64,000 nt of DNA from Dehalococcoidia bacterium (GTDB lineage Bacteria; Chloroflexota; Dehalococcoidia; Bin125), in the NCBI GenBank assembly GCA_963662615.2, contig CAXXSR010000001.1:256001-320000 (forward strand), given 5' to 3'. Position numbers and translations under genes: made by a program. Positions 31,193 to 40,386 of this stretch are shown here, piece after piece. The first letter of the stretch is position 1. The number at the start of each line of letters is the position of its first letter. Below the pieces are notes generated by a model, which was given only the letters and a program-made list of their open reading frames with translations, had not been told where the DNA came from and searched no databases.

Positions 31193-32449
31193 TTAGCCGG
31201 CGGCGCTGAGATCGGCGAGGCGCTGCACGAAATCGACCAGCCACTGCCCGTCGACCTCAATGAGGTCGAAGCGGATCCTCACGCTCGGCTGGTCGCCGGC
31301 CCCGTCCAGCTCAATGGTCGCCCGGCTGCGCGCCCCCGACAGCTCCGACGTCGTGGCGGCAACCGTTCCCCCCACACCTACGTCGCGGAGCTTCTGCAGA
31401 TCGCGACTCACATCGTCGGCCGACTCCCAGCCCCAGATGTCCAGCGCTTCCGGTCCCGCCAGCGCAAAGAGCGTGACGGCGTCGCCCTGCTGGATGGCGT
31501 CCAGGTACGTGTTCGCGACCGATTCCACACGGCCGCTGATGGCCGGGTCCGCTGTCGGCGCCTCCTCTTGCAGCCGCACCGAGATCTGGTAGGGGCCCAG
31601 CTTCCGGCTCACGGACGCCACCTGCACCTGGTAGGTCCCCGTGGTGGGCAGCTGCAAAAGCAGCTCCGCGTCCAGGGCGTGGCCGCCGTCGTCGTCCTTC
31701 AGCAAGAACACCAGGTCCGGGTCGAAGAGTTCCGCGATGGTATCAACGCCGATAGCGCCGTCCACTACCACCACCACGCGTTGCTCCGCCTCGCCGCTGA
31801 ACCTGAACTCGTCAATGTCGTCCAGGTCGCCCAGCATCCCCTGGACCGTCCCGCCGATGTCGATCAGAGCGGGTTCATAGTCCAGGTCCTCCGGCAGCCG
31901 CTCCACGGTAATGACGAACCGCCCCACGGACGCCTCGTCGAACGCCTCCACCCGCACCACCTGGAGCCCGCCGCTGGGCAGCCGCGCGATGATGAGCGAG
32001 TCCCGGTTGGCGGGGCTGAGGTCGTCGTTCGTCGCGATCTCCGTGCGGTTCGGCTCCAGCAGCGAGGCGACGGGGTCCATGCCGTCTTTGCCGTCCACGC
32101 TGATGCGGACCAGCTCGCCCGCCGCGCCGTCGAAGCGGAACTGGCGGACCTCATCCTCTGCCTCAATGGTGGCCTCCACGGAGTCGCCGTAGGCCAGCCG
32201 CTCGCGGTCGGGGTCGGTGGTCGCGTCTGGCTCGGGGCTGGGCTCGGGACCGGGCTCGGGCGCCGGCGTCACTTGGTCGGGCGGCGCGACGGCGGGCTCG
32301 GCCCCCGGTTCCGGCGCCGGCTGCACCGTGGCGAGGGGTAGCTCGGCTGCCGCCGCTTCGGGCTCCTCGTCGTCGTCGCCGTCGCAGGCGGCCGCTACCA
32401 GGGCCAGGGCCAGGACGAGGGTCGTGGTTAATTGCAGGGGTGCGCGCAT
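31193..32449 (-). CDS. Lipoprotein with two PPC (pre-peptidase C-terminal)-like domains and a C-terminal NTF2-like region
   Basis: Lipobox VAAAC; PEP-rich linker; two repeats of F.G.A...V.I.VDG..G.D....L..P......ND/DD......L.....G.Y.V. Confidence 0.78.
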   Translation of the reverse strand: MRAPLQLTTTLVLALALVAAACDGDDDEEPEAAAAELPLATVQPAPEPGAEPAVAPPDQVTPAPEPGPEPSPEPDATTDPDRERLAYGDSVEATIEAEDEVRQFRFDGAAGELVRISVDGKDGMDPVASLLEPNRTEIATNDDLSPANRDSLIIARLPSGGLQVVRVEAFDEASVGRFVITVERLPEDLDYEPALIDIGGTVQGMLGDLDDIDEFRFSGEAEQRVVVVVDGAIGVDTIAELFDPDLVFLLKDDDGGHALDAELLLQLPTTGTYQVQVASVSRKLGPYQISVRLQEEAPTADPAISGRVESVANTYLDAIQQGDAVTLFALAGPEALDIWGWESADDVSRDLQKLRDVGVGGTVAATTSELSGARSRATIELDGAGDQPSVRIRFDLIEVDGQWLVDFVQRLADLSAAG

Positions 32450-32607
32450 ACGTCCATCCGGCCTCCGTCGGCCGCCGCCATCAGGAGACGCCTGCCCATC
32501 GCCGAGATCGTACCACTCAATTGCATCATCCGCTGCACAGAATCGAGTGGTTCGACGGTGGTGACGCGTCGCACTAAACTCCGCCGGCAACAGGGGAGGC
32601 AGGGACG

Positions 32608-34491
32608 ATGCAGGCGTATTTCCGGTTCGTTGTGGTGTTGATGCTCGCGGCGGTCGGCGGCGGCGCACTGGCGCTGCTGGGCGACTCGCCCGCCGACGCC
32701 CAAACGGAGGTCGCCGAGACCCGCACGGTCGCACTCGACGAGGGCTGGAACCTGGTCGGCTGGACGGGGCCCGACGCCGCGTTCCAGGACGCGATCGCGG
32801 ACATCGTTGCGCAGGCGCAAGTCGCCGCCACCTTCAACGCCGCGACCCAGGCCTTCGACCTCTGGAACACGGACGCCCCGGACTTCCTCAACGCGCTCAC
32901 GGACCTGCCGCAAGGCACCGGCGTCTGGCTCCGCGTGACGGAAGCGACGCCCTGGCCGCAACCGGCGCTGGTCGCAGCACGCAGCGTGTCCTTGCAGCCG
33001 GACTTCAACCTGGTCATGTGGACGGGGCCGAGCGGCGTCCCGGTGGAGGAGGCCTTCGCCGGGTTGGAGGGGAATCTAGAGGCGGCGTTCACCTTCGACG
33101 CGCGGACGCAGAGCACGCGCACCTACCGGCCGGCCGGCCCGGCGTTCCTCAGCGACCTGGACAGCTTGGACTACGGCCAGGGCGTCTGGCTGCTGATGCA
33201 GCGAGCGGCGACCTGGAATCAGGCGGCGACCACGCCCGCCGCGTCCGTGACGGTTGAAGAGCTGGGCGTCACCTTGGACATCCCGGCGGGTGCACTCCCC
33301 GCGGGTGTGGCTCCCGAGGACCTCAGCATCACGGACGGCTCCGCGAACCCAGCGTTTCAACCCACCTCTGGGCCGGAGCCCCTGCTGGTCTTGCAACTCG
33401 AGCCCAGCGGTGTCCGCTTCGCCGAGCCAGTGACGCTCACGACGCAGGTCGCGCTCCCCAGCGGAGCCGCACCGATCGTCATTTTAATCTCCGATAACGA
33501 TGTGGAGGCCGTCCCAGGCGTGACGCTCGCCTTTGATGCGGAATCGGACCTGACCACGCTGGCGATCCCGCTTCCGCACTTCAGCGGCATGACCGTCAGC
33601 GGGCTGACTATGACGGAGGGCCCCGAGTTTATTGATGTTGGGACCGTGGGGGAGGGCGAACAATTCACCGTGAGCGTACCCATCATGCGCCTCGACTTCC
33701 AGTTCAAGTTCGAAATCGGCTCGCTCCCTCTCAGGGAGGGGTTCAAGAGCGAGCAGCATACCGAACTGATGCGCCCCGTGCCTTCGACCAGGGACCTACC
33801 TTTCTTTTGGGCTGTAGATGCCACATTTCTCGTTAAAAGTGGCGCGCTCACTCCCCCGAGGGTCCCCTCAGCGGAGGGGCCTTTTCTAAGGCTCGTCGCG
33901 CAAGACGGTTCGACGCCGCTCGTCCCGGAAGCGGTTTTCACCTGCACGGCGCCGGGGGATTTCTCCATCTTGTTCGAGGGAAAGACGGACGTCGGGGCCG
34001 AATCGACACGCACGTGGCGAATTTCGAGCGAGACGGGGGAGACCACAACGCACACCATCAGGGACGACGATTTCGAGCACGCCACGATCCGCTCCGCGAT
34101 CATCGGCACCTGCGTCGCGCACCCTGCCACGTTCGAGCTGCTCACGGCCACAACGTTCCAGCCGACATCGAACATCTTCGGGGCCGACGGAGTGCACATC
34201 ATCGTGGCGGCCCCGGAGGGCGGCTTGGACGTGCAAACGGCGCTCCCGATCACGCTCAGCGCGACCGACCGCGACAGCGGCGAGGCGATCGACCTCACCC
34301 CGAATGCTGCAGGCGATACGGCGGTGATCCCTGAACCGACGGCGCAGAACTGCCGTGGCGCGACGGGGTGCAGCCTGACGGTTGGGCCAATTACGGTGTC
34401 GCCGGGCACGGTGGTACGGCTGGTCGCGACCGACAAGGACGGCAACATGATCGCCTGGCAGGATTACGAGGCCCCGCCGAGCGGCAACTAG
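32608..34491 (+). CDS. Secreted protein with two GWN modules, ZU5-like domain and divergent C-terminal region
   Basis: Signal peptide ending PADA-Q; LDEGWNLVGWTG and LQPDFNLVMWTG repeats; GVTLDIPAGALP...LEPSGVRFAEPVTL...HFS (ZU5/autoproteolysis-like, inferred). Confidence 0.78.
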   Translation: MQAYFRFVVVLMLAAVGGGALALLGDSPADAQTEVAETRTVALDEGWNLVGWTGPDAAFQDAIADIVAQAQVAATFNAATQAFDLWNTDAPDFLNALTDLPQGTGVWLRVTEATPWPQPALVAARSVSLQPDFNLVMWTGPSGVPVEEAFAGLEGNLEAAFTFDARTQSTRTYRPAGPAFLSDLDSLDYGQGVWLLMQRAATWNQAATTPAASVTVEELGVTLDIPAGALPAGVAPEDLSITDGSANPAFQPTSGPEPLLVLQLEPSGVRFAEPVTLTTQVALPSGAAPIVILISDNDVEAVPGVTLAFDAESDLTTLAIPLPHFSGMTVSGLTMTEGPEFIDVGTVGEGEQFTVSVPIMRLDFQFKFEIGSLPLREGFKSEQHTELMRPVPSTRDLPFFWAVDATFLVKSGALTPPRVPSAEGPFLRLVAQDGSTPLVPEAVFTCTAPGDFSILFEGKTDVGAESTRTWRISSETGETTTHTIRDDDFEHATIRSAIIGTCVAHPATFELLTATTFQPTSNIFGADGVHIIVAAPEGGLDVQTALPITLSATDRDSGEAIDLTPNAAGDTAVIPEPTAQNCRGATGCSLTVGPITVSPGTVVRLVATDKDGNMIAWQDYEAPPSGN

Positions 34492-34705
34492 CCCAATTGT
34501 GGCCTGCTCGTTCGGTGACTCGGATCGTGGTGCTAGCTGACGTTGGTGGCGCTCGTTGTTGTCCAGTCGCGGCTTGGGGTCCAGCTTGAGGCCCCGGCAG
34601 CCGCTTCATTGCCCGCCCGGCGCCGCCTCCCCTACACTGGCCTTGGCGATTGCGGCCGCCCGCACCGATAATCGATCGAGGGCGCGCGGCCCGGCGGAGG
34701 CTCTG

Positions 34706-35215
34706 GTGACCTACGAGATCATCGAGACCTGCATCGGCTGCACGGCCTGCGTTGCCCGCTGCCCCACCAACGCCATCTATGGGGAGCGGAACGTCATCCA
34801 CTACATCGACCCCGTCCTCTGCATCGACTGCGGCGCCTGCGGGGCCGTCTGTCCGGTGGAGTGCATCCTGGATGAGGTGGGCGACGTCTCCCGCAAGTTC
34901 GCCAAGAAGGAGTGGCCCAAGGCCGTCGTCGTGGCCGATCTCTGCATCGGCAGCGGCTGCGAGCTTTGCATCAACGTCTGCCCCTTCGACGCCCTCGTCC
35001 TGGAATACACCGAGGAGGCCAGCGATTTCTTCGGCCAGGCCGTGGTGATTGAGAAGAACTGCACGGGCTGCCGCCTCTGTGAGCAGTCGTGCGGGTGGGA
35101 CGCCGTCCACATCTTCCCGGAGCGGGATCTGCTCAAGAAGAAGCACTACCCGGACGACGAGCCTACGCCGGGGCAGAAGAAGATCGCCAAGGAGAAGGCC
35201 GAGGCCGCCACCTAG
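34706..35215 (+). CDS. Polyferredoxin with four 4Fe-4S motifs
   Basis: CIGCTACVARCP, CIDCGACGAVCP, CIGSGCELCINVCP, CTGCRLCEQSC; GGAGG RBS before GTG. Confidence 0.9.
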   Translation: MTYEIIETCIGCTACVARCPTNAIYGERNVIHYIDPVLCIDCGACGAVCPVECILDEVGDVSRKFAKKEWPKAVVVADLCIGSGCELCINVCPFDALVLEYTEEASDFFGQAVVIEKNCTGCRLCEQSCGWDAVHIFPERDLLKKKHYPDDEPTPGQKKIAKEKAEAAT

Positions 35216-35243
35216 TTTCCCCGCCGCCGCGCTGATTCCAACG

Positions 35244-35267
35244 GGAGGCCCGCCGGGCCTCCTCTTC
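35244..35267. terminator. Hairpin between convergent genes
   Basis: GGAGGCCC-gcc-GGGCCTCC followed by TCTTC. Confidence 0.6.
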
Positions 35268-35297
35268 AATCTTCCGCGAGGGCACGGTTCCCGTCGC

Positions 35298-36377
35298 CTA
35301 GTCGCTCAGGCGCAGCGCCCCGTTCGCGTAGATCGCCTCCAGGAACGACCGCTCCAGGGCGGCTTCCAGGTCCACCGGCTCCTCGATCCCGCCGAACTCC
35401 CGCAGCACGTCGTGCAGGGCGGCGAACTGCTCCGTCGTGAACCAGCCCAGCCCGTTGGCGGCCGTCAGATCGGAGACCGCGTTGGCCAGCTCCGTCTCCA
35501 AGATGAAGCGCTCATGCACCAGGTCCGCCTGTTCCGGGATGAACGCCCGTGTCGCCTCCAGGGCTGCGGCCGGATCGTCGAGCGCGAGCCGGAAGCCGCG
35601 CATCGTCGCCAGCAGGAACCGTCGCAGCGCCTCCCGGTTCGTCGCGTCCTCCAGAAAATCCTCGGAGACCACGTAGGTCACTCCCAGCGTGGGAATGCCG
35701 TCGTCGGCGGCCTGGAAGACGCGAACGGGCGCCCCGATCACTCGCGCCAGTGTGTCGGGCTCGTTGGAGAGGAAGACGGGGTAGACGTCCAGCCGACCCT
35801 CGACAAGGACGACGGGATTGAAACCGGTGCCCACCAGCCGCACATCGTCATCGCTGAGCCCATGCGCTCGCAGCATCGCCCGGAACTCCGCCTGCACCAC
35901 CCCCTTGAAGCCCACGATCTTGCCGGCGAAATCGGCCGGCGAGGTGATGCCGCTCTCCTCCAGCACCGCGTACCCCAAATCGCCCGTCTGCCCGAACAGC
36001 GCCACCGCCACCAGGGGCGCGCCCGGATCGGACCGCCGCTGCAGCAGCTCGCTGGCCGGCTGCGTGCTGACCCCCACCTCGCCTGAGAGCAAGAGGCGAA
36101 TGTGCTCGCCCTGCCCGGATGAGTGCCGGATCGTGACGTCGAGGCCGGCGTCGTCGAAGTAGCCACGCTCCTGCGCCACGTACGCCGCCACGAACGGCAG
36201 ATTCGCCTGCGCCCGAAAGCCGGCCATGAACGTGAGCGAGAGCCGACCTGATTCGTCGGGGCCGGCGGTCCCGTCGTCGCCACAAGCGACCGCGAGCAGC
36301 GCCACGGCTACCATCACGACAGCGATGGCGCCCAGCGCGACCGCGCCCGCCCGTCGCCACGACCGAGCACGTCGCAT
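35298..36377 (-). CDS. NMT1/THI5-like ABC transporter substrate-binding lipoprotein
   Basis: Lipobox LAVAC; FVAAYVAQERGYFDDAGLDV, GITSPADFAGKIVG, SNEP. Confidence 0.88.
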   Translation of the reverse strand: MRRARSWRRAGAVALGAIAVVMVAVALLAVACGDDGTAGPDESGRLSLTFMAGFRAQANLPFVAAYVAQERGYFDDAGLDVTIRHSSGQGEHIRLLLSGEVGVSTQPASELLQRRSDPGAPLVAVALFGQTGDLGYAVLEESGITSPADFAGKIVGFKGVVQAEFRAMLRAHGLSDDDVRLVGTGFNPVVLVEGRLDVYPVFLSNEPDTLARVIGAPVRVFQAADDGIPTLGVTYVVSEDFLEDATNREALRRFLLATMRGFRLALDDPAAALEATRAFIPEQADLVHERFILETELANAVSDLTAANGLGWFTTEQFAALHDVLREFGGIEEPVDLEAALERSFLEAIYANGALRLSD

Positions 36378-36415
36378 CACGTCCCCATGACCTCGCTGAG
36401 GGTGCGCGGACCGGT

Positions 36416-36772
36416 TTATGTGGCCGCGCCGTCCGAGAGGTCGCCCGCGTCCGTCGCGCTGCCCTCGCCGCCGAACGGTGGCTCCTGATTCAGGACGATC
36501 GCCTTGTACCACCAGCCGTCCACTGCGTCCCGGCGAAACTCCGCGACCAGCCGGTGCTTATAGCGCACCTTCAGGTCCGTCCCCAGGTCCACGTCATCCC
36601 CTTCGATCTCCAGCAACGCGTCCACGCCGGTGATCTTGACGACCAGGCGCTGGATCTCGCGCTTGGCGATCTTATTGGGGACGCGGCCTTCGATGTTGGT
36701 CGGGTCCGGGCGCTTCTCCGTCCCTCCCGCAGACGCGCCGCCGGCCGGTTCTGTTATCATAGCCTCTCCCAT
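36416..36772 (-). CDS. Small hypothetical protein inside the ABC operon
   Basis: AAGGGA RBS, GC-rich codons, globular core KIAKREIQRLVVKITG...VDGWWYKAI. Confidence 0.6.
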   Translation of the reverse strand: MGEAMITEPAGGASAGGTEKRPDPTNIEGRVPNKIAKREIQRLVVKITGVDALLEIEGDDVDLGTDLKVRYKHRLVAEFRRDAVDGWWYKAIVLNQEPPFGGEGSATDAGDLSDGAAT

Positions 36773-36782
36773 TCCCTTCGCC

Positions 36783-37628
36783 CTACGACGGGCCCGCCAG
36801 TGTCGAGCGATGCCAGGACAGGGTCATCCGCTCAACGATGGTGATGGCCGTATTCATCAGCACCCCAATGGTCGCCAGCACGATCACGGCCGCGAAGAGG
36901 CGGTCCAGTCGCAGCTCGCGATTCTCCACATCTATCACGGCCCCCAACCCGCCTTGACCGGCGGCGAAGAACTCCGCCACCACCGCGCCGATCAAACTCA
37001 ACGTCGCAGCAATCTTCAAGGCAGCGAAGAGGTAAGGCAAGGCGCTGGGCGCCCGCAAGCGCCGGTACACCTCCAGCGGAGAGGCGTGGATGGAGCGGAG
37101 GAAGTCCAACGCCCGTGGATCGACGTCGCGAAAGCCGGCGATGGCGTTGATGAGCACGGGGAAGTACGTGATCATCGCCGCGATAGCCACCTTCGGCTGC
37201 CAGCCGAAGCCGAACCAGATCACGAACAGCGGCGCCACCGCCACGATGGGCGTGACCTTCACCATGATCGCAATGGGCAGGATCGCGCGTTCCAGCATCC
37301 GCGAGTGCGCCATCACGCTCGCCAGGAGGAGCGCCGCGACGGTCCCGATCGCCAAGCCCGCGATTGAGACCGAGAACGTGCGCAGCCCCTCCCGCGCGAA
37401 AAACCCGATGTCCGTAAAGAGCGCCTTCGCCACCGAGCTGGCGCGCGGCAGCGTGAACTCGCTCGTGTTATTGATCTCCACCCACAGCTCCCAGGCCAGG
37501 GCCAGCAGCAGGGCCGCCAGCAGCGGCGGAAGCGCGTAGGGCAGCGTCATCCGGCCCCACCGCGTCCACTCCAGCCGCAACGGCGGCCGGGGGGCGCCGG
37601 CGGCCCGTCGCCGCACGTGATCGGTCAA
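36783..37628 (-). CDS. NitT/TauT family ABC transporter permease
   Basis: TPIVAVAPLFVIWFGFG, YFPVLINAIAG, PSALPYLFAALK, LIGAVVAEF. Confidence 0.92.
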   Translation of the reverse strand: MTDHVRRRAAGAPRPPLRLEWTRWGRMTLPYALPPLLAALLLALAWELWVEINNTSEFTLPRASSVAKALFTDIGFFAREGLRTFSVSIAGLAIGTVAALLLASVMAHSRMLERAILPIAIMVKVTPIVAVAPLFVIWFGFGWQPKVAIAAMITYFPVLINAIAGFRDVDPRALDFLRSIHASPLEVYRRLRAPSALPYLFAALKIAATLSLIGAVVAEFFAAGQGGLGAVIDVENRELRLDRLFAAVIVLATIGVLMNTAITIVERMTLSWHRSTLAGPS

Positions 37629-38548
37629 GGCAGACCCTCGCTGCGCAGGTGGCCCCGAATCAGGTCCACGTAGTCCAGGAATTCGGGGGAGCGCTCATTC
37701 GCCTGCTCACGGGGCCGCGGCAGCCCGATCTCGATCGACGCCCTGATCCGTCCCGGCCCCCGGCTCAGCACCAGGACGCGGTCCGACAGCGCCACCGCTT
37801 CGGCCACGCTGTGGGTGACGAACAGCACCGTCTTGCGGCGTTGTTCGGCCTTGCGGCGGTGCTCGGCCTTGCGGCGTTGCTCGGCGCTCACCGTCGCGCC
37901 TGCGCCCGCGTCCGCCGCCGACCAGATGCGCAGGAGTTCGTAGCGCATCTGCTCGCGCGTGATCTCGTCCAGGGCGCCCAGCGGCTCGTCCATCAGCAGC
38001 ACTTCAGGGTTGAAGACCAGCGCTCGGCCCAGGGCGACGCGCTGCTCCATGCCGCCGCTCAGCTCGTGCGGACGATAGCCGCGGAACGCTTTCAATCGCA
38101 CCAGCCGCAACAGCTCCTCCACGGAGAGCGCCTGCTGCCCCTGCCGGCGGTTCACCTCCAGGGGCAGGCGCACGTTGCCCTCAACCGTCAGCCAGGGCAA
38201 GAGCGCGGGCTCTTGGAAGACGAACCCCAGCCGCTTCCGCCGTTGGGCAGCGCGTACCGGCCCGCCCAGCACCGTCACCTCGCCCGTCGTGGGCGCAAGC
38301 AATCCGCCGGCCACGCGCAACAAGGTCGTTTTGCCGCAGCCGCTCGGCCCCACGAGCGAGACGAACTCTCCCGGCGCCACGGCGAACGAGACCGCGTCGA
38401 CGGCGAGGAGCCCGCCGGGCCCCCCGTAGCGGACGCTCATTCCCTGGAAGTGGATGGCGGCGTCGTCCGGCGCGGCGGCGTCGCTCGCGCGTCCGTCCAG
38501 CTGCGGTCGCGGGGCCGTGGCGATGGGCCTCGCCTCTGTTCGGGCCAT
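37625..38548 (-). CDS. NitT/TauT family ABC transporter ATPase
   Basis: GPSGCGKT, FVFQEPALLPW, LSGGMEQRV, LMDEPLGALD, FVTHS. Confidence 0.93.
   Translation of the reverse strand: MARTEARPIATAPRPQLDGRASDAAAPDDAAIHFQGMSVRYGGPGGLLAVDAVSFAVAPGEFVSLVGPSGCGKTTLLRVAGGLLAPTTGEVTVLGGPVRAAQRRKRLGFVFQEPALLPWLTVEGNVRLPLEVNRRQGQQALSVEELLRLVRLKAFRGYRPHELSGGMEQRVALGRALVFNPEVLLMDEPLGALDEITREQMRYELLRIWSAADAGAGATVSAEQRRKAEHRRKAEQRRKTVLFVTHSVAEAVALSDRVLVLSRGPGRIRASIEIGLPRPREQANERSPEFLDYVDLIRGHLRSEGLP
37832..37885. repeat. 18-bp tandem repeat x3 encoding AEQRRK-AEHRRK-AEQRRK inside the ATPase
   Basis: cttgcggcgttgttcggc cttgcggcggtgctcggc cttgcggcgttgctcggc. Confidence 0.9.
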
Positions 38549-38721
38549 GTTGCTCCCTTGGAGAAGGCTCCCGCGACGCGGAGCGGACGCCACCGCTCGT
38601 GTGAGGCCGCGCGGCCCTCCGCCCTCGCTCTGGTATTGTTCCACGCGACGGAAGGCGCGGGCAATTTGCTGGTTGCCCCTTGGCAAGGCGGTTCGGCGGC
38701 TTCGATCAGGGAGAGGCGCGC

Positions 38722-39411
38722 TTGGCGACGATCGCGTTCGTGGGCGGCACAGGCCCGGAAGGGCTGGGCCTCGCCATGCGACTGGCGCGGGCGGGCGAAT
38801 CGGTGCGCATCGGCTCGCGACGCCCTGAACGTGCGAGCGAGGCGGTGACGAAGGTGCGGGACGCTCTCACCACCGTAGGCGCCACCGCGGGCGCCACCAC
38901 GGGCGCCCCAGGGGCCGACGTTGCGGGCGGCCTCAACGCCGAGGTCGTGGCGGCCGCCGATATCGTCGTCGTGGTCGTGCCTTTCGGCGGGCACGCGGCC
39001 ATTCTCACCGATCTGCGCGACACCATCGGCTCGAAGTTGGTGATCGACGCGGTCGTGCCGCTGACCTTCCGCAAGGGCGTGCCCGGCGTGGTTGATGTGC
39101 CGGAAGGGAGCGCCACCGAGCAGGCGCAGGCGCTGCTCCCGGAGGCGCGCGTGGTGGGCGCCTTCCACAATCTCAGCGCGGTCAAACTGCAAGCGCTGGG
39201 TCAGCCTCTGACCGGCGACGTCCTGGTCACCGCCGCCGACGACGCAGCGAAGGAGGCCGTTCTGGACTTGGTGGGCCGGATCCCTAACCTGCGCGGCGTG
39301 GACGCGGGTCCGCTGAGCGCGTCGAAGTTCGTGGAGGACATCACGGCGCTGCTGCTGGGCATTAACCGCCGCTACAAGAGCCACGCGGCCGTGCAGATCG
39401 TCGGGCTGTAG
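38722..39411 (+). CDS. npdG: NADPH-dependent F420 reductase
   Basis: FVGGTGPEGLGLA, IGSR, VVPL, EGSATEQ, VGAFHNLSA, DAGPL, INRRYK. Confidence 0.92.
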   Translation: MATIAFVGGTGPEGLGLAMRLARAGESVRIGSRRPERASEAVTKVRDALTTVGATAGATTGAPGADVAGGLNAEVVAAADIVVVVVPFGGHAAILTDLRDTIGSKLVIDAVVPLTFRKGVPGVVDVPEGSATEQAQALLPEARVVGAFHNLSAVKLQALGQPLTGDVLVTAADDAAKEAVLDLVGRIPNLRGVDAGPLSASKFVEDITALLLGINRRYKSHAAVQIVGL

Positions 39412-39426
39412 ACGGGGCCCGCGATC

Positions 39427-40188
39427 GTGCCCGCGCCAACCGAGTTTCACATCTTCGCCGTTGGAGGCCTCCCCGAGGTGCGCGCCGACGATGACCTGGC
39501 CGCGCTGATTCATGCGGCGCTGTCCGCGCAGGGCACGCCGCTGCAATCCGGCGACGTGCTCGTGGTCACGCAGAAGATCGTCAGCAAAGCGGAAGGGCGG
39601 GTCGTCCCGCTGGGCGCCGTCGTGCCGGGCCCGCGGGCGCGGGCGTACGCCGACCGCTGGGGGAAAGACCCGCGCGTGGTCGAGGTGGTCCTGCGCGAGT
39701 CGCGCCGCATCGTGCGGATGGAGCGGGGCGTGATCATCGCCGAGACCCGGCACGCCTGGGTCTGCGCCAACGCCGGCGTGGACCGCTCCAACGTGGGCGG
39801 GTCCGACGTGGTGACGTTGCTCCCGGAGGAGCCCAGCGCCTCCGCCCGCGCGATCCGTCGGGGCCTGGTGGAACGCGGCGCGCCCGACGTTGCAGTGATC
39901 GTCAGCGACACTTTCGGCCGTCCCTGGCGCATGGGCTTGACGAACGTCGCCATTGGCGTGAGCGGGATGGATCCGCTGCGCTCCTACGTGGGCCAGCGCG
40001 ACTCCGACGGCTACGACCTGGAGGTGACGGTCATGGCAATCGCCGACGAGCTGGCCGCCGCCGCGGAGCCGGTGATGAACAAGCTCGACCGAACCCCTGT
40101 CGCCGTCGTGCGCGGCCTCGACATCGCGGTCGAGGAGCACGACCACACTTCCCTCATCCGTCCGCCGGACGAGGACCTGTTCCGTTAG
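39427..40188 (+). CDS. cofE: Coenzyme F420-0:L-glutamate ligase
   Basis: GLPEV, GDVLVVTQKIVSKAEGR, CANAGVDRSN, SDTFGRPWR, ADELAAAA, DLFR. Confidence 0.95.
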   Translation: MPAPTEFHIFAVGGLPEVRADDDLAALIHAALSAQGTPLQSGDVLVVTQKIVSKAEGRVVPLGAVVPGPRARAYADRWGKDPRVVEVVLRESRRIVRMERGVIIAETRHAWVCANAGVDRSNVGGSDVVTLLPEEPSASARAIRRGLVERGAPDVAVIVSDTFGRPWRMGLTNVAIGVSGMDPLRSYVGQRDSDGYDLEVTVMAIADELAAAAEPVMNKLDRTPVAVVRGLDIAVEEHDHTSLIRPPDEDLFR

Positions 40189-40208
40189 GGGCGGGCACGG
40201 CGGCATCT

Positions 40209-40241
40209 CCGCTCGTCCTTCGACAGGCTCAGGACGAACGG
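40209..40241. repeat. REP-like palindromic element of the widespread CCTTCGACAGGCTCAGG ('VRPEPVEG') type
   Basis: ccgctcgtcct-tcgacaggctc-aggacgaacgg hairpin; antisense translation SVRPEPVEGRA; single copy seen in this window. Confidence 0.65.
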
Positions 40242-40259
40242 ACGAACCAAGCAACCGCG

Positions 40260-40376
40260 CTAAGCGAAACTGCGACCGAGTACGATGGGACCGTGGCGGG
40301 ACGGGCCATCCGCGTGGTGGTGGTCACGGGTTTGCAGCCGCCATTGGTGATCACCGTCCACACCATCGCGCGCTAG
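40260..40376 (+). pseudogene. C-terminal remnant of a DUF4258-like (putative toxin) gene
   Basis: LSETATEYDGTVAGRAIRVVVVTGLQPPLVITVHTIAR*; no start codon found in the intergenic region; directly upstream of a DUF2283 gene. Confidence 0.6.
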
Positions 40377-40386
40377 GGAGGTTGCC

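Noticed and set aside
38549-38721. TPP or SAM-I riboswitch upstream of the ABC operon
   Set aside because: No CTGAGA/TPP core; the minus-strand CCAGAG...GGAGGG resemblance to SAM-I lacks the downstream GCAACC and GTGC elements
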